Made by a program: the position numbers and the translations under genes. A stretch of DNA of 64,000 nt from Octopus vulgaris (taxonomy: Eukaryota). Below, piece after piece: positions 38,361 through 51,717 of the stretch; position 1 is the stretch's first letter, and every line of letters begins with the position of its first letter. Below the pieces are notes generated by a model. The model made no database searches and had not been told where the DNA came from. It saw nothing but the letters and a program-made list of their open reading frames with translations. The DNA lies in contig OX597825.1 in NCBI GenBank assembly GCA_951406725.2, positions 79,484,001-79,548,000 on the forward strand, read 5' to 3'.

Positions 38361-38405
38361 CCTTTTAAACAGAATCGAAAATCTGTCCACCAAGAAGACG
38401 TAAAG
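38361..38405 (+). CDS. CLCN2: ClC-2-like 45-nt linker exon f (possibly alternative)
   Basis: ~300-nt pyrimidine tract + cgcag|CCT...AAG|gtaagc. PFKQNRKSVHQEDVK, symmetric phase 0-0. Confidence 0.7.
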
Positions 38406-38869
38406 GTAAGCCGTCTTTAGACTAGAAGGAATAGAGGCATAGCGTATAGAGTAATTAGCTTCTTAATGATCTAACTCTGGATATTCAGGTTCAATTCCTC
38501 ACTGAAGATTTTCAAACCTTGGGAAAGGCATCAATAGAGCTGCTCTCCTTTCAGTTCTCCCTGAATTGTTTAGGGGTGGGGGTGTTTAAACTTTCCACCC
38601 CTATACCTCCCCAAGCTTACAAGCGCTTGAGCAATAGACTTCATTATATTAATTCATGGTTATCTGTTAATCCTTAGTCTTTTGTTACTGTCCAATTGCA
38701 ATATTAATTCTTGGTATTAGGGATGGGATGGGATGATAAGGGATTCTCCTGCTTCTTCACTCTGGTTCCTCGATGCAATGACATGGAGAACCAGAAAGAG
38801 TCAAGAGTCGTTAATTCCTGGGTGATTTCTGATTGAGCAGATCTGTGATCAAGAAGTCTTCTAACTGCG

Positions 38870-39400
38870 ACCATACTTAGATGTTTCTTACATGTATTTT
38901 AGAAGTGTTTCTTGTAACTAAGATATGTCTTAGATGTATCTGAGATGTGTCTTACCTGTGTCTACTATGTCTGACATATATCTGAGATGTGTCTCTTACA
39001 TGTGTCTTACAAATGTCTCATTTATGTTTAAGATATGTCTCTGGTGTATCTGAGATGTGTCTCGTGTCTTAAACAACACCATGTCATGCATATGCCTGAG
39101 ATGTGTCTTACATATGTCTTGCACATGTCTCAACGTAGCTGAGTTATGTCTATGGCGTGTTTAAGATGAGTCTTATCATGTGTCTTTGGCATGTCTGAAA
39201 TGTGTCTTTAGTGTATATTAAATGTGTTTTACATATGTCCTAGATATTGTAGGCATTTCATGTGACTGGGAAGTGTCTTAAATAAGTCTTAGATATGTTT
39301 ATGTATGTCTCACTTGTAGCTAAAATATAACAATTGATGTGTCTCAGATGTGTTATACTTGTATCACACGTGTGTCACAGCTGTGTCTTTGGTGTGTCTT
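38870..39400. repeat. Degenerate short-period (~10-11 bp) repeat of gatgtgtct/catgtgtct
   Basis: Dozens of atgtgtct/atatgtct variants across ~530 bp. Confidence 0.7.
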
Positions 39401-41137
39401 ACATCCACAGCAATCAAACATAAGTAGCATTCTGTATGAAATTGTACCTCATTTGAGGTACCACAGCAAAGCAAACACACAGGTACTTGTACTTGCTGTA
39501 ACATACGTGTACATATGTATATTTAGTTGAACTTACACATGTGTACACACATACATGTATATACATGTATTTATATAGATACACATAACATGCGCATATA
39601 TTTACATATGTACACACACAAATATATATATGTAGTAGAAATATAGAAAATCCTTAGTGCCATAGTATATATTTGAAGAAATGAATAAGAATGACATTTG
39701 TGATAATTTTTCCCACTTTAAAGATTAAATGTTTACAAATTGTAAAGGGTAAAAAAATAATCTCAAATGTCATTTTTATTCATTTTTTCAAATATATAGT
39801 TTTATACAAAAACTTAACTACTCCTGGGTATGAATATAAAAAACACTGCACCCTGCTACCCAGCTATGTTGAGCCAGTGTGACCAGAGTAAGCACATCAG
39901 ACCAGTTTGATCTCAAGCTTAAATTCCTGGTGTACACATCAGATGGTCATTGGTGGAGAGAACATGCTGAGGCCGTTGTCCTGCAGTGGACCAAACATAG
40001 CCAGTCCAATCCAATCCAATCCAATCCAGTCCAATCCAATATGAACATATTGTATTATTATGCATGCCCCTATACATACATACTTACTCAAAGTACATAT
40101 ACTAACTCATAGATACTTACACTAACACACATTATTGTAAACTCATACACTGTCTACTAATCCATGTGCCTTGCCTTGATGGTTGTCTTTGTCACCTTTC
40201 ATTGTAATTGTGCAGTTGTTGGGAAATATGCATTCGTAAGTCTGTTCCTTATGCACATATGTGCATCTGTTGGTTTATCTTAAACAATTCTGATTAATTC
40301 ACGTTTGCACATCTGTTGGGTGAAATTGAGGGTTCAGTTACTAACCCTTTTCCTGTGGGAATCAGATACATCCAATCGATTTTTCTTTACCCTTAACTGC
40401 GGAAAGCAGTTTTATAATCCAATCTGTCTTCTGTTGAAGAAAGGAATCAGCTATTAGCAACAGAAGCAACCTTTGTCATGATTATTAATTTGCATATCCA
40501 CCTCAACTTGGAATGTGTATTGAATACCGTAGACTGTGGTACTCATTGCGAGAGATCATCTCGTATTGACATTAAAGTGTTAAAAAAGCACAGACTACAC
40601 CAGCAGATGAAATTTCATCAGTATCAGCAGATAGGACCATTGTATCACATAATTTCAGTGTCGTTTGTACCTCATCAGCAGAAGGTACCCTACCACCAAA
40701 TGCCAGATTGAAATTCCATCAAACTGATATAATTTATGAAACATCACTAAACAGCCAGTGATGTTGCATAAAGCTGGCAGGTTGTGTATAACTTAGCTAT
40801 TAGAGACACAAACAGTCTTTGCAATGAATATTAATAAGCACATCCTACTTAACTTGGCCATGTTGTTTTGAATGCTGTTGAGATATTATCAAGTTTATTG
40901 AGACAACTTAACTTCTATTGTTTTGTTTTTTGGTAGTTATTTAATGTCATTAGTGGAATAGCCATGGAATCTAATTTTGCAGTGATAGGGTTAAATATTA
41001 ATTCTGGTCGTCCATTCGTTTGTATACCTATTTATTAGTTTTAAAAACTTTTAATTTAGGATAGAAAACAAGCCTGACATTCCATGTTTTAAATTTTCAT
41101 TTTCTTCATTTATTTTTTTTCTCTTTCCTTTTGTCAG

Positions 41138-41242
41138 GATAAAGACAAAGAAAGAAGTCTACTGAATGAGCAGATAAATTGGGAAGGGTGTCAGATTGAT
41201 CCAGCACCTTTCCAGTTGGTAGAGAAGACATCTTTGCACAAG
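41138..41242 (+). CDS. CLCN2: ClC-2-like exon g (start of CBS2)
   Basis: ttgtcag|GAT...AAG|gtcagt. [35 protein letters not shown] contains the [18 protein letters not shown] signature. Confidence 0.95.
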
Positions 41243-42039
41243 GTCAGTAATTAATGCAGTTACCAGGATTTGTTAAGCCTTTGGCATTCAGATCACTCCG
41301 TCAAGTGTAATGCTTATTTATTCACATTGTTTTTAATTAATCATGCATTGTCTTGGGGCTTCATGATTTCAGTGATGTGATTATTTACTTTTACTATGAC
41401 ATTGTAGAGTAGGTGTGAGATGTTGGATATGGTTAGTAGGAACATCAAGGAGACAGAATATTTTGACTGGATGTGGCCAGTTTAAATGCTTAAGAGTTAA
41501 AATGATGTTACCATTCTGGGAATCGGTACAGTCATGGAAATGGTTTCGTTTCAGAATGTTCTGGTTGTTTTTGTTCCAATTCAGACCTGTTTAAACAAAC
41601 TCGTGATCAAAGACGTTCCAGCCATGACCATTCTGTATTATTGTATGTTGAGGACTACTTTTCTCTAATTTGTCCTCCTCTTCTTTTTCAAAATATTAAG
41701 CTATAATTTGGGGATGGTTTAGCTGCTGTGTTCCTCGTATTTCAATCAGCCACGGAGAGATTCCATGTCAGACTGTCAATATGTGTACCGTGACAGTGAA
41801 CTGGCAGAATGCTTAGTGGGATTTTATTTATCTTTAGGTTCTGAGTTCAAACTCCACCGAAGTAATTGATTTACTTCCTTGCTGTCCTTGTACCATAATT
41901 TGAAACCAATGTGTACACTGTCGTGTTATAGAGATGGCCTTAACAAGATTTGAACTGAGAACATAAAGAGCCTAGACTAATACCACAAGGTATTTTTGGC
42001 CCCAAAATATTTCCCCTTGGCTGGAGATGTTTTCATGGA

Positions 42040-42510
42040 AGGGACATGCGTAAGTTTGCAAGGAATGAAGCCAGTATGCTCCGCTGGATGTGTAATGTCA
42101 GTGTGCATATTTGACAAAGTACCCTGAGAGAAAAGTTGGACCTAAGAAGCATCAGATGTAGTGTGCAAGAGAGACGACTGTGCTGGTATGGTCATGTGGT
42201 AAGAATAGATGAGGACAGCAGAGTGAAAAAGTGCCACACTCTAGTGGTTGAGGGAACTTGTGGAAGAGGTAGATCCAGGAAGACCTGGGATGAGGTGGTG
42301 ATTAGTGGTGACCGAGGCAATGACTAGTGACCGAGACCTTTGGAAATATGTTGTGCTTGAGAAGACCTGGTAAGCCAAGTGAGACCATAACCCATGGCCT
42401 ATGCCAGGGGTGTAACCAGCCTACTTGTGCATACCTTTCCTTAATTGGACACTAAACTCTGCTTGCAAAGACCTGTTGAGGCAAGTTAAATGATGATGAT
42501 GATGATGATT
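42040..42510 (+). mobile_element. RTE-like LINE 3' end with (GAT)n tail
   Basis: RNEASMLRWMCNV...RRLCWYGHVVRIDED...GRGRSRKTWDEVV, then a 3'UTR ending in gatgatgat. Confidence 0.8.
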
Positions 42511-42649
42511 GGAAACAAGGGACTTTAATTGTATAATGCTAACATTTTGTTTATAACTATCTTGTGATATTAAGACAAGGAGAGATGCATGCGCACACAC
42601 ACTCACACACAAGCACACATACTCACACACACACACATATACATACATT

Positions 42650-42891
42650 CAGGGTTGGCCAAAAGTCACCTGACAGTAATTCAAAACCCATTTAATTCCA
42701 AGATTAAAACAAAAGATTATTTCACATGAGACTTTGCTAATAAATAGACAAATGTTGAAAAACAAAAACAGTGACTTTTAACTCACAGCATTCAATTATT
42801 AAACATTCATAATTGGAATGAATAAATAAATTTAAATATTAAAGTATTTATGGAATTTTTATCTACTGTCGGGTGACTTTTGGCCAACCCT
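42650..42891. mobile_element. Tc1/mariner-type MITE
   Basis: 28-bp TIRs AGGGTTGGCCAAAAGTCACCTGACAGTA / TACTGTCGGGTGACTTTTGGCCAACCCT with one mismatch. Confidence 0.85.
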
Positions 42892-42986
42892 TACATGTTA
42901 ATGGATGTATTAACTAATCTGGTATTTCATGTTAAATAGGAAATGAAATTTAAGATTAATATTGTTTTTTTTCTTCTTTCTTGCAG

Positions 42987-43073
42987 GTCCATTCTTTATT
43001 TTCACTATTAGGTCTCAGTCATGCGTTTGTAACCAATATTGGTAAACTAGTTGGTGTCGTTGGATTAAAAGAG
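42987..43073 (+). CDS. CLCN2: ClC-2-like exon h (CBS2)
   Basis: ttgcag|GTC...GAG|gtaaat. VHSLFSLLGLSHAFVTNIGKLVGVVGLKE. Confidence 0.95.
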
Positions 43074-43666
43074 GTAAATATTACGAATACCAAGGTGTTT
43101 TTTTATATATCATAAATTGTCGTCTTCTGTTAATACCTGTTGATTCTAACATGTTTTATTTGGGGGTCACACAAATCACACTCAATAACCTACCTTTTTT
43201 TTTCACTTTAATGTTTCTGCAAAACATTATTTCTGGCTTAAAGATTTTGGAAAGGTCCAGTAACACAGACACTTAGTGTTTGCTGTTGGAAGGAAGAGTA
43301 CTTGGTACCATACTGTTTGTATTTTGGACAGGTCAGTCTTTTACTACTCTGAATTACACCTGTGAAGGCACAGGGTTTTCCGATAAGTTTTGATTAAAGA
43401 AAGTTACAATAAACTTCAAGATGTTGTGCACCAACAGGTGAAATTCAGAATAGCAAGAGACTGACTCAATCAAGATACATACATACATAACTACATACAT
43501 ACATTGCCTATGGCCATTTTAGTGTGGCTGTTGTCTAAGAGACAATGATATTGCCATTTAACCCCAGGAAGACATTTCCTCCAGGTGGTTTATTCAGGGT
43601 GCTTCTCACATGCAATATTTATTACAAGTGGGCAATAACTCCTGCTACTCTGGCTTCAAGACCACT

Positions 43667-43704
<38 letters not shown>

Positions 43705-43860
43705 CGTCTGCTGAGTGGTTGGTGTTAGGAAGGTTATCCAGCTGTGAAAATCCTGCCAAAACAGTCACAGAAGTCTGGTGCAGGCTTCAGCCTTGGCCGG
43801 CTCTTGTGGTATCATGCTACTCATGCTGGCATGGAGCATGGATGTTAAATGATGATAATG

Positions 43861-43891
<31 letters not shown>

Positions 43892-44689
43892 GTAATTGTG
43901 GCCAATGCTATTTGCATGATCTTCAAATATTGGGCCTCACGAAGGCAATGACGAGTGACTGAGACCTTTGGTTATATGCTGTGCTTGAGAAGACTCATCA
44001 AGCCAAGTGAAATCATAGCCATGGCCATTTTGCCAGTGTCATGGAAATGGTACCCATGAAATTGTAGCTGTGGTCATTGCTTGTGTCATGTAAATGGTGT
44101 TGGTGGCATGTAAAAAGCATCCATTACACCCTCGGAGTGGTTTCTGTTAGGAAGGGACATCCAGCTGTAGAAACCTTGCCAGATTAGACTGAAACCTGGT
44201 ACAGCTCTCCAGCTGACTAGTTCCAGTCAAACTGTCCAACCCATGCTAGCATGGGAAGTGGACATTAAATGTTGATGACAATATATAATAGTATGTAAGG
44301 CAGCGAGTTGGCAGAAATGTTAGCACGCTAGGCAAAATGCTTAATAATATATCATCTGTCTTTACGTTCTGAGTTCAAATTTGGCCAAGATCAACTTTGC
44401 CTTTCGTCCTTTTGGGGTTGATAAATTAAGTACCAGTTGTGTACTGGGGTTAAACTAATCAACTCCCCCAAAAATTTCAGGCTTTGTGCCTAGAGTAGAA
44501 AAGAATATATAGTAGTATGTACTGTCTTACAACTGACTATGGGTCAACAACTGTTGTAATTTTGTAGCCAGTCAAGGTTCTTATAGCAGTGATGTTGACT
44601 TAACTACCACATGTACCCGTCTTTGTACCCTTACTGTTGTTACTAACATAAGCAGATATTAATCTCTTCGAATTATTGTTGTGTTTCAG

Positions 44690-44872
44690 TTACGTAACTC
44701 GATCCAGGGCCAAATAGACGCACAAGCTAAATACAAGGCATCTGGCAGGCATGATGCTGACAGCAGCGAGGAGGACAACGACGACCCGGCCCAGTTGGAA
44801 GTTGTGCGGGAAAATGGCCATCGAGAGACATTCACACTAGTCAAGAGGGAGATTGCGGAGGAGACGGTTTGA
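44690..44872 (+). CDS. CLCN2: ClC-2-like terminal coding exon
   Basis: tttcag|TTA CGT AAC TCG ATC...GTT TGA. LRNSIQGQIDAQAK...EIAEETV*, continuing LKE|LRxxI of CBS2. AATAAA at ~45605. Confidence 0.9.
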   Translation, partial: LRNSIQGQIDAQAKYKASGRHDADSSEEDNDDPAQLEVVRENGHRETFTLVKREIAEETV

Positions 44873-45260
44873 AACGAAAGGATGTGGTGAAACGTGTCTT
44901 GGTTTCCTGGTTAACAAATACTTGAATGTGTGTGTGTGCGTGTGTGTGTGTGTGTAAGCATACGTGTTTGTCTGCTTTGGCATTCTCTCTCTCTGTCTCT
45001 GGAATCACATTTGTACAAAATCTTCAAAAAAGGAAGAGAGAAAAAAAGACCAAAGGATAAAGGAAAAGAAAAACAAAGCTTTGTTCAGATGACAGCATCT
45101 GGCAAGGAATTCCTCTCTCGGGGCCCAAATAACCATCATCACCATCAATACCTTCACCACCATTAACTCCACCACCACCACCACCCACCACCATTACTTA
45201 CAAAAGAACAATTACAGTTTCCATGACTCCACCGCAACAAGGTTCTGAGGTTCTACTATA

Positions 45261-45297
<37 letters not shown>

Positions 45298-46149
45298 GTA
45301 TATGTATATGTATGTATGTCTGTGTTTTACATCATATTTCACACACCATGGCTCACTCAGTCCTGCTCTCACACTCAACTCATACTGTAAAGCAAGTTAA
45401 AAAAAAAAAAAAGTGAAACAGACAATTTTCACCTCCCCTCCACCCCACCCCATCCCGGTCATCATCATCATCATCATCATCTTCATTTTTCTTCCAACCA
45501 TAGACCACCGTCCATCTTAGACATTCGCCTCCGTTGCTGCTATACTCTGTGGTTCTTAACAGCACTGATGCCCGTCTAAACAACTCTTGATGCTTCCTTC
45601 AGACAATAAAGAACCAAACACAAACACAAAACAATTACATATTTTTGTTTTTGTACTTTTTTCGTTTTCTGTTACTCCCCTCCCACCACCACCAAATGCT
45701 TCCAAACTGAATGTTTTTAAAAACAACATTTCAAACAAATTTTCCTATCATTTTTTTTATTTCTCTTTTTATTCTTTTCATCTTGACCTCCATTTATTAT
45801 CAAAATTTTCGTTCCACTTCAGACTTCAGGTAATCGACAATTTCAGTTGGTTCCTATTGGAAACGGATTGTTTTTGATTTTTTTAAAGAATTTTGATCTC
45901 TTCAGTAAATGAAATATCAAAAAAAAAAAAAAAAGAAAAAATGAAAAAAAAATGCTGTGCAATATTTTATTTAATTGCATCATTTTATATTTTGAGTTCA
46001 AATCATGCCAAGGTCGCCTTTGTCTCTTTTATATTTACAGAGCTTTGATAGAATAAGTAAATACCAGATAAGTTCTGACAAATGATGATCTAATCAATTG
46101 CCCCAGTCCTTCTGCCAAATTTTGACCAATATCATCATCATCATTATGA

Positions 46150-48140
46150 AACATTTATTGTGGAGATAGTTTGAAGTCCAATGGTGATGGGAACAGGCAA
46201 AGGGTGTTGCTGGAAGTTTCTAGCTGGAGTCTCACACACAGGCAGCACAAAGGGTGATGGCCATCTCTTCATAGAATCAAAAAGTACCCACAAGATTTGT
46301 GTCCTCCCTTGTGTGGCAAGCAGTTCTATCTAGCTGTAACACTGCTTCTCCTCAATATCGGAGGTGGGGTGACAAAAGGAACCTTAAAAAAAGTGTTGCC
46401 TTCAATAAGCTTGGCATAAACTGCAGATGTCTAGCCATCCAGTTTGTTGCAGTCAAGATAAAGATAAGAAAAATAAAAGAAATGTGCTAATCTTTGGCTG
46501 TTGAAATGTAGGAACTTTACAAGGCAGCAAAGATGGTCTGGAATGGAAAGCAGCACTAATTGCAAAGGTAATCAGCTCCTATAATATTGATATTGCTGTT
46601 CTTAGTGAAACCAGGCTTGCAGACATTGATGAATTAGAAGTTGGAAATGGCTTCACATTTTTTTCAGCAGAAAGCTGGCAGATGAACCAAGAATTTGTGG
46701 TTTTGGCTTTGCAATTAAATTGATTCTATTTTGCAAGTTGCCATCCATCTTTCAAGCTGTTGATGAGTGTCTCATGACATTCCATACACCCAAAGGTAAT
46801 TCCTCATCTATGCACACTATCAGTACATATGCACCTACTTTACAGCATCTGAACAAAAACACAACTTCTTCTATTTCAAACTGCAGAGAGTTGTCAGTAA
46901 AATTCCATTTTATGGCAGTCATACTGATGGGTGATTTTAACAACAGGATAGAAAACAAACTCACAGCTTGGTCAAGAATAATAGGAAAGCATGGAACAGG
47001 AATGATGAATGAAAGCAGTCCTTTTGGGTGCTGTCCTTTTGTCAACTGTTTGGTCTAACAATCACAAATATGGTATTTCAGCAGGCAGATAAATATAAAA
47101 ACTCCTAGAAGCATCACTGGTTTGGTAACTGGTGCATGCTTGACCATACCATCACGAAGAGCGAAGGTTGCAGTGATTTCAGATTAACCAGAGCTCACAA
47201 AACACCTGAGCATTACTTGGATTACAGAATGGTTTGCAGTAAGGTGTTTGTTAAACCATATACAAAGAGGCCACTGAGATCCAATATACCTCTGAGAATA
47301 AATGTGTCTCCTTTAAAAAAATCCAGAAACAACAAGAAATTTTGAAATACATTTAAATTCAAAGCTTGAGAGAATGTAGAGGAAAGCCATGATCCTGAAG
47401 TTTTGTGGCAAAATATTCGTGACAGCATCAAATCATCTTCTGATGAAGTTCTAGGATTTGGCAAATGCAAGCATCAAGATTGGTTTGATGAGAATGATTC
47501 TCAAATCAAACCTCTCCTAGAAATTATGCGCAAAAACACAAGGCAGAGATCTGAAACAAATACTCACCATCACTCAGATCCCTATATATCTCCTTTAAGA
47601 AAACTACTCAGAAAAAAACTGTAGGAGATGGAAAATTTTTGGTGGGCAAAAAATGCCCAAGAATCAGAAGAGGGTGTTAACTTGCACAACTTGAGACCAT
47701 TGAATGGCAATCTGAAAGGTGTATTTGGTTCAAAAAAGGGTGGTATAGGACCTATTCTTTCTAACGATGGGTTAAAACTTTTAAGTAGCAAAGAGAAATT
47801 CTGAACAGATGGGCTGACCTTTAAATCTGTATTAAATCAAGAATCCACTACTAATCCTGAAGTAATCAATGAAATCCTTCAGAGGCCTATAACTGAGGAA
47901 CTAATGGGAAGGAATTAGTACTTCTATTAAAAAACCTTCCATTGGTAAAGCTCCTGGACAAGATGGTATTGCCATAGAGGTATTCAGGTATGGTGATAAA
48001 CAATTTGTAAGAAAGCTGTGCAAATTGATCTGTTTGATCTGGGGAAACTGGATCTGTTCCACAACAGATGCATCTATAATGCACTCATAAAAAACAAGGG
48101 GAGGAAGTGTGTATGTAATAATCACAAGGGAATAAGCATC
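46150..48140 (+). mobile_element. Decayed RTE-clade LINE (APE endonuclease to start of RT)
   Basis: Motifs in order across stops and frameshifts: NVGTL, YNIDIAVLSETRLAD, ISTYAPT, LMGDFN, KHQDWFDEND, GKAPGQDGI, CNNHKGISI. The 5' boundary is approximate. Confidence 0.88.
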
Positions 48141-49891
48141 GACCCAATGACTAGATGATATGAATTATAAAACTTATAGCTTTTTTTGACCACTACCTCA
48201 TCGACTCAGTAAACTGCATTGTCTCCCTTGCCTAGAGTTTACTTCCACTCCCACCCCTACCCCACTGGAACCATAACTGTTGGGTTTTGTGTGAATCTTA
48301 AATCTTAACCCTTTCTGGCCCCTTTACTCTTACCACCACTCCCCCCCCCATCCCTTCCTAATTATGAAGTTTTTCTGTTCCCTTTCTGGAATAGACTGCA
48401 TTTTTCCTTTTTATGGATTGTCTTGCTCAAAGGAGGAGCAGTAGCAGTGCCCGTAGCCCCTTTCAGGGCTTCTGGAAGGGGTTTGAAAGGGAGAGGAAGG
48501 AGACAAAGAAATTAAAACTTGTAGGTTGCTACAGTAGAGAGCAACACACTGAGAGATCATATTGTCCTCAGAACTAGAGACATGGTTCAAACTCTTGCTG
48601 CAGGCTACCCTACCCAAGGGCCAGGCAGTAGTGTTAAATCAGGTAACGGACTGACCCCTATCCCCTTGAAACAACCACTTAGCTTCATACCATAAATCCT
48701 GTATATTCAGGGTTGACCTAAAAATACAACCACAATCACAACAACATTGTTTAAATGAACAGGCGTCTTTATTAATATCACAATAATATATTTACATTAA
48801 ACATTTGATAGTCTAAACTTTTTTTTTGAATGTCACCAAAATGCTATAGCAAGAATGTCTGCAATCATTGTCTTCTATTCAGTTCTTGGTTAGTTCCAAA
48901 AATGGCTTTTTATTTCTTTCTTCCATAAAATCTCTTTAAATTACCATCTATGTTTTCTTTCTACTACTACTATTACCATAATCATTATTATTATTATTAT
49001 CATTATTATTATTATTATTATTATTTAGATGGTGAGCTAGCGGAATCATTAGCGCTTTGGACAAAATGCTTAGCGGCATTTCTGTTGGGTTTTTAAAAAA
49101 TTTTTCTTCTCTCCTCAGTTCGAATCCCACCAAGGGTAGTTTTACCTTTCATTCTTTCAGAGTTAATAAAATACAGTACCAGGGTCGATGTAGTCGACTT
49201 GCCCCCTCCCCTCAAAATTTCTGGCCTTGTGCTAAAATCTAAAAGAATTATTATTATTATAGCTTATTACTTATTTCATTTTGAAACTGTGTGTCTTGAA
49301 ACAACTAAAGCTATGAATAATAGCATATAAATATTGACTTAAAGACCCTTTGGATAGAAAAAGTCAAAGGCTGTTCATGGGACACAAGTCTACAGGTTGT
49401 CATGTTTATAGGAGATATCAGTTCATGTCCTATAAACAGCTTTCAACTTTTACTATCCGAAGCGTTTTAAACCCAATATATATATTTATAGCTTTATTTG
49501 CTTTGAGTCCACTGTTCCAAAATAGAATTATTTCACATTCCCTCAAAGTTGTTATGTTGTCATTTTTTAATCACTGATTCATTAGAATGAGAATAAGTGA
49601 AGTTTGCTGAAGGGATATATCTAAATTAATATCAAATTCATTAGTGATGCTTGAGATACCCTAGAAAATAATATTTTTCTTTTCTTTTGAACAAGTTTAT
49701 TAGCACTAACCATGGTGTATTATGACAGTCTGTGTGTAATATTAACATCTTTTGCCATGTTATAATTGGGTTAAAATAAAACTGAGACCCAGGAAATTGA
49801 TTGTGGTCTGTGTCGATAAAAGTTATACAGTGGAGTTTGTGAATTTAGATAAGTGTGTGTATGCCTTGAAGAGAGGAGGCTGTTGATGGTT

Positions 49892-50022
49892 TTAGTGGAG
49901 CGAAGAGTTCTGTTGTGAACATGTGACACAGCACTTCTGTTTGTAGACGGGGTTGTTACATAAGCGGGCTCTCATCACAAGCTGGCAGTTTTTATGTCCA
50001 TATTTGTCAATGCAAGAATGAT
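49892..50022 (-). CDS. THSD4: THSD4-like terminal exon, PLAC domain
   Basis: cctttcag|AT. (D)HSCIDKYGHKNCQLVMRARLCNNPVYKQKCCVTCSQQNSSLH* fits the six-Cys PLAC pattern. Phase 1 matches the previous exon. Absent from the ORF track. Confidence 0.9.
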
Positions 50023-51569
50023 CTGAAAGGACGAAAAAGAAATCATAGTCAAAACAATATATTAATATTTATCATATTTTAAAAAGAAAACTTATATTTC
50101 TATTTATTGTTACTTTAAAGAAGGAAGGTGGTGACCTGGCCAAAATGTTTGGTGGCATTTCGTCCATCTTTATGTTCTGAGTTCAAATTCTGCCGAGGTT
50201 GACTTTACCTGACATGAGATTTGATGAAATAGGTACCATTTGAGTTCTAGCCACTTCCTTCAAATGTCAGGCCTTGTGACTTTATTACAAAGAATTATTA
50301 CTTTAAAGAGCATTTGTTGTACATGAAATTATTCTGAGAACAGAACTCAAAGGACTTTGTACATAATAATGAAGAAGATATATTTAATTATTAAATATTA
50401 GACATCATACATTTGTTCAAATGTTTCAATAGATCAAAATTTTTGTATGAAAGATAATGGAATGCTCTGAACCAAATTAACAATAGAAACAATGACAACT
50501 AAAATTTGCATTCAAGACGAGAACTGACATCTTGTATTTCAATTTGAAATTTCATGAAAGCTTTATTTAAAATAAAATTCCCTAATGGAGTGATAAATCC
50601 AAGCAAATCAGAAATAGGGCTTTTAAGTAAAATTACTTTAGATTAAGATTCTACTCATCGTTAAGGAGAGAGTACAATTAGGACTGTGGTAAAATATACT
50701 CTCTAATGAATTGGTTTATGTGATCCCAAATAAATGAGATATCAAGTTTATTCACAGTTTGATATTACCAATTATTATGCCTCAATGATACCACTTTTAG
50801 TAAATAAAGCTTTAAAATTTGCTTGCTTCAAATTAAAAAAATCACATCTCTTCAAGTTAAAATTATCTCAGAGCAAATTAATTTTTTTTTTCCATATTAG
50901 ACAACACTATCAAACCATGTTTCAATGCTTTATCTAAGAGATAATAAATTACAGTTAAATTTTGATTGGCAACACTTGTTGAACAAGTACCACAGTATCT
51001 TTGATGAATTTATTGTGACAATCATCTTTCTATGGAAATATAAAACACAGTGACTCTAGCTGTAAATATACTGCAATGAAATCATTGTTCCATTTAGATG
51101 ATTTGCTATATTTTGTTGGTACAAAAACTTTCCCTATGTTTAATGTAAGCATTGGCAAAGATTCTCCAATTTTAATTGCGATCGTTCGTTTAATTACCCA
51201 AGTGATTCGGTATGTTCATGATCCATGTTCTTTGTCATGGATACCCCTCCAGTGCAAATGCGATTCATGATCAATGCATGCCTTATTCACTTCAAAACAC
51301 ATCTATAAGTAGCAATGGTTTCCCATTCTTGTTCAGCGGCAGACAGTACAGGCATACAAGTCTCAAGTGCAGAATCCTTGTGTGATACTCTGACTGTTTC
51401 CCTGTTTTATACCTTGTGAAATATCAGTTTATATGTCTTGATGTATATACAGATGGATGAACGAATAATGACAAATCTTCATATGTGGTTCATTACTGAA
51501 TTAAACATGGAAAAGCAACAACATAAACCATAAATCAGGCAACCAACCAATCTATAAATCAATACTTAC

Positions 51570-51717
51570 CAATTTTGGTCGAGGGCACCCGGCAGCTGTG
51601 AAGATTACATTTCTTGGTTTTGGGTGGCATTTCAGTACAGTTGGTTGATGGTTTAAATTCTTTATTGAAACATTTTACTTGTCTGGTTTGCTGTCCTTCT
51701 CCGCAAGTTGAACTGCA
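51570..51717 (-). CDS. THSD4: THSD4-like last TSP1 exon
   Basis: ttgcag|TGC...G|gtaagt. CSSTCGEGQQTRQVKCFNKEFKPSTNCTEMPPKTKKCNLHSCRVPSTKI, phase 1 out. Confidence 0.9.

Noticed and set aside
50955-51029. Cys-containing stretch first considered as the PLAC exon
   Set aside because: Immediate stop in the required phase. The true PLAC exon is 49892-50022.
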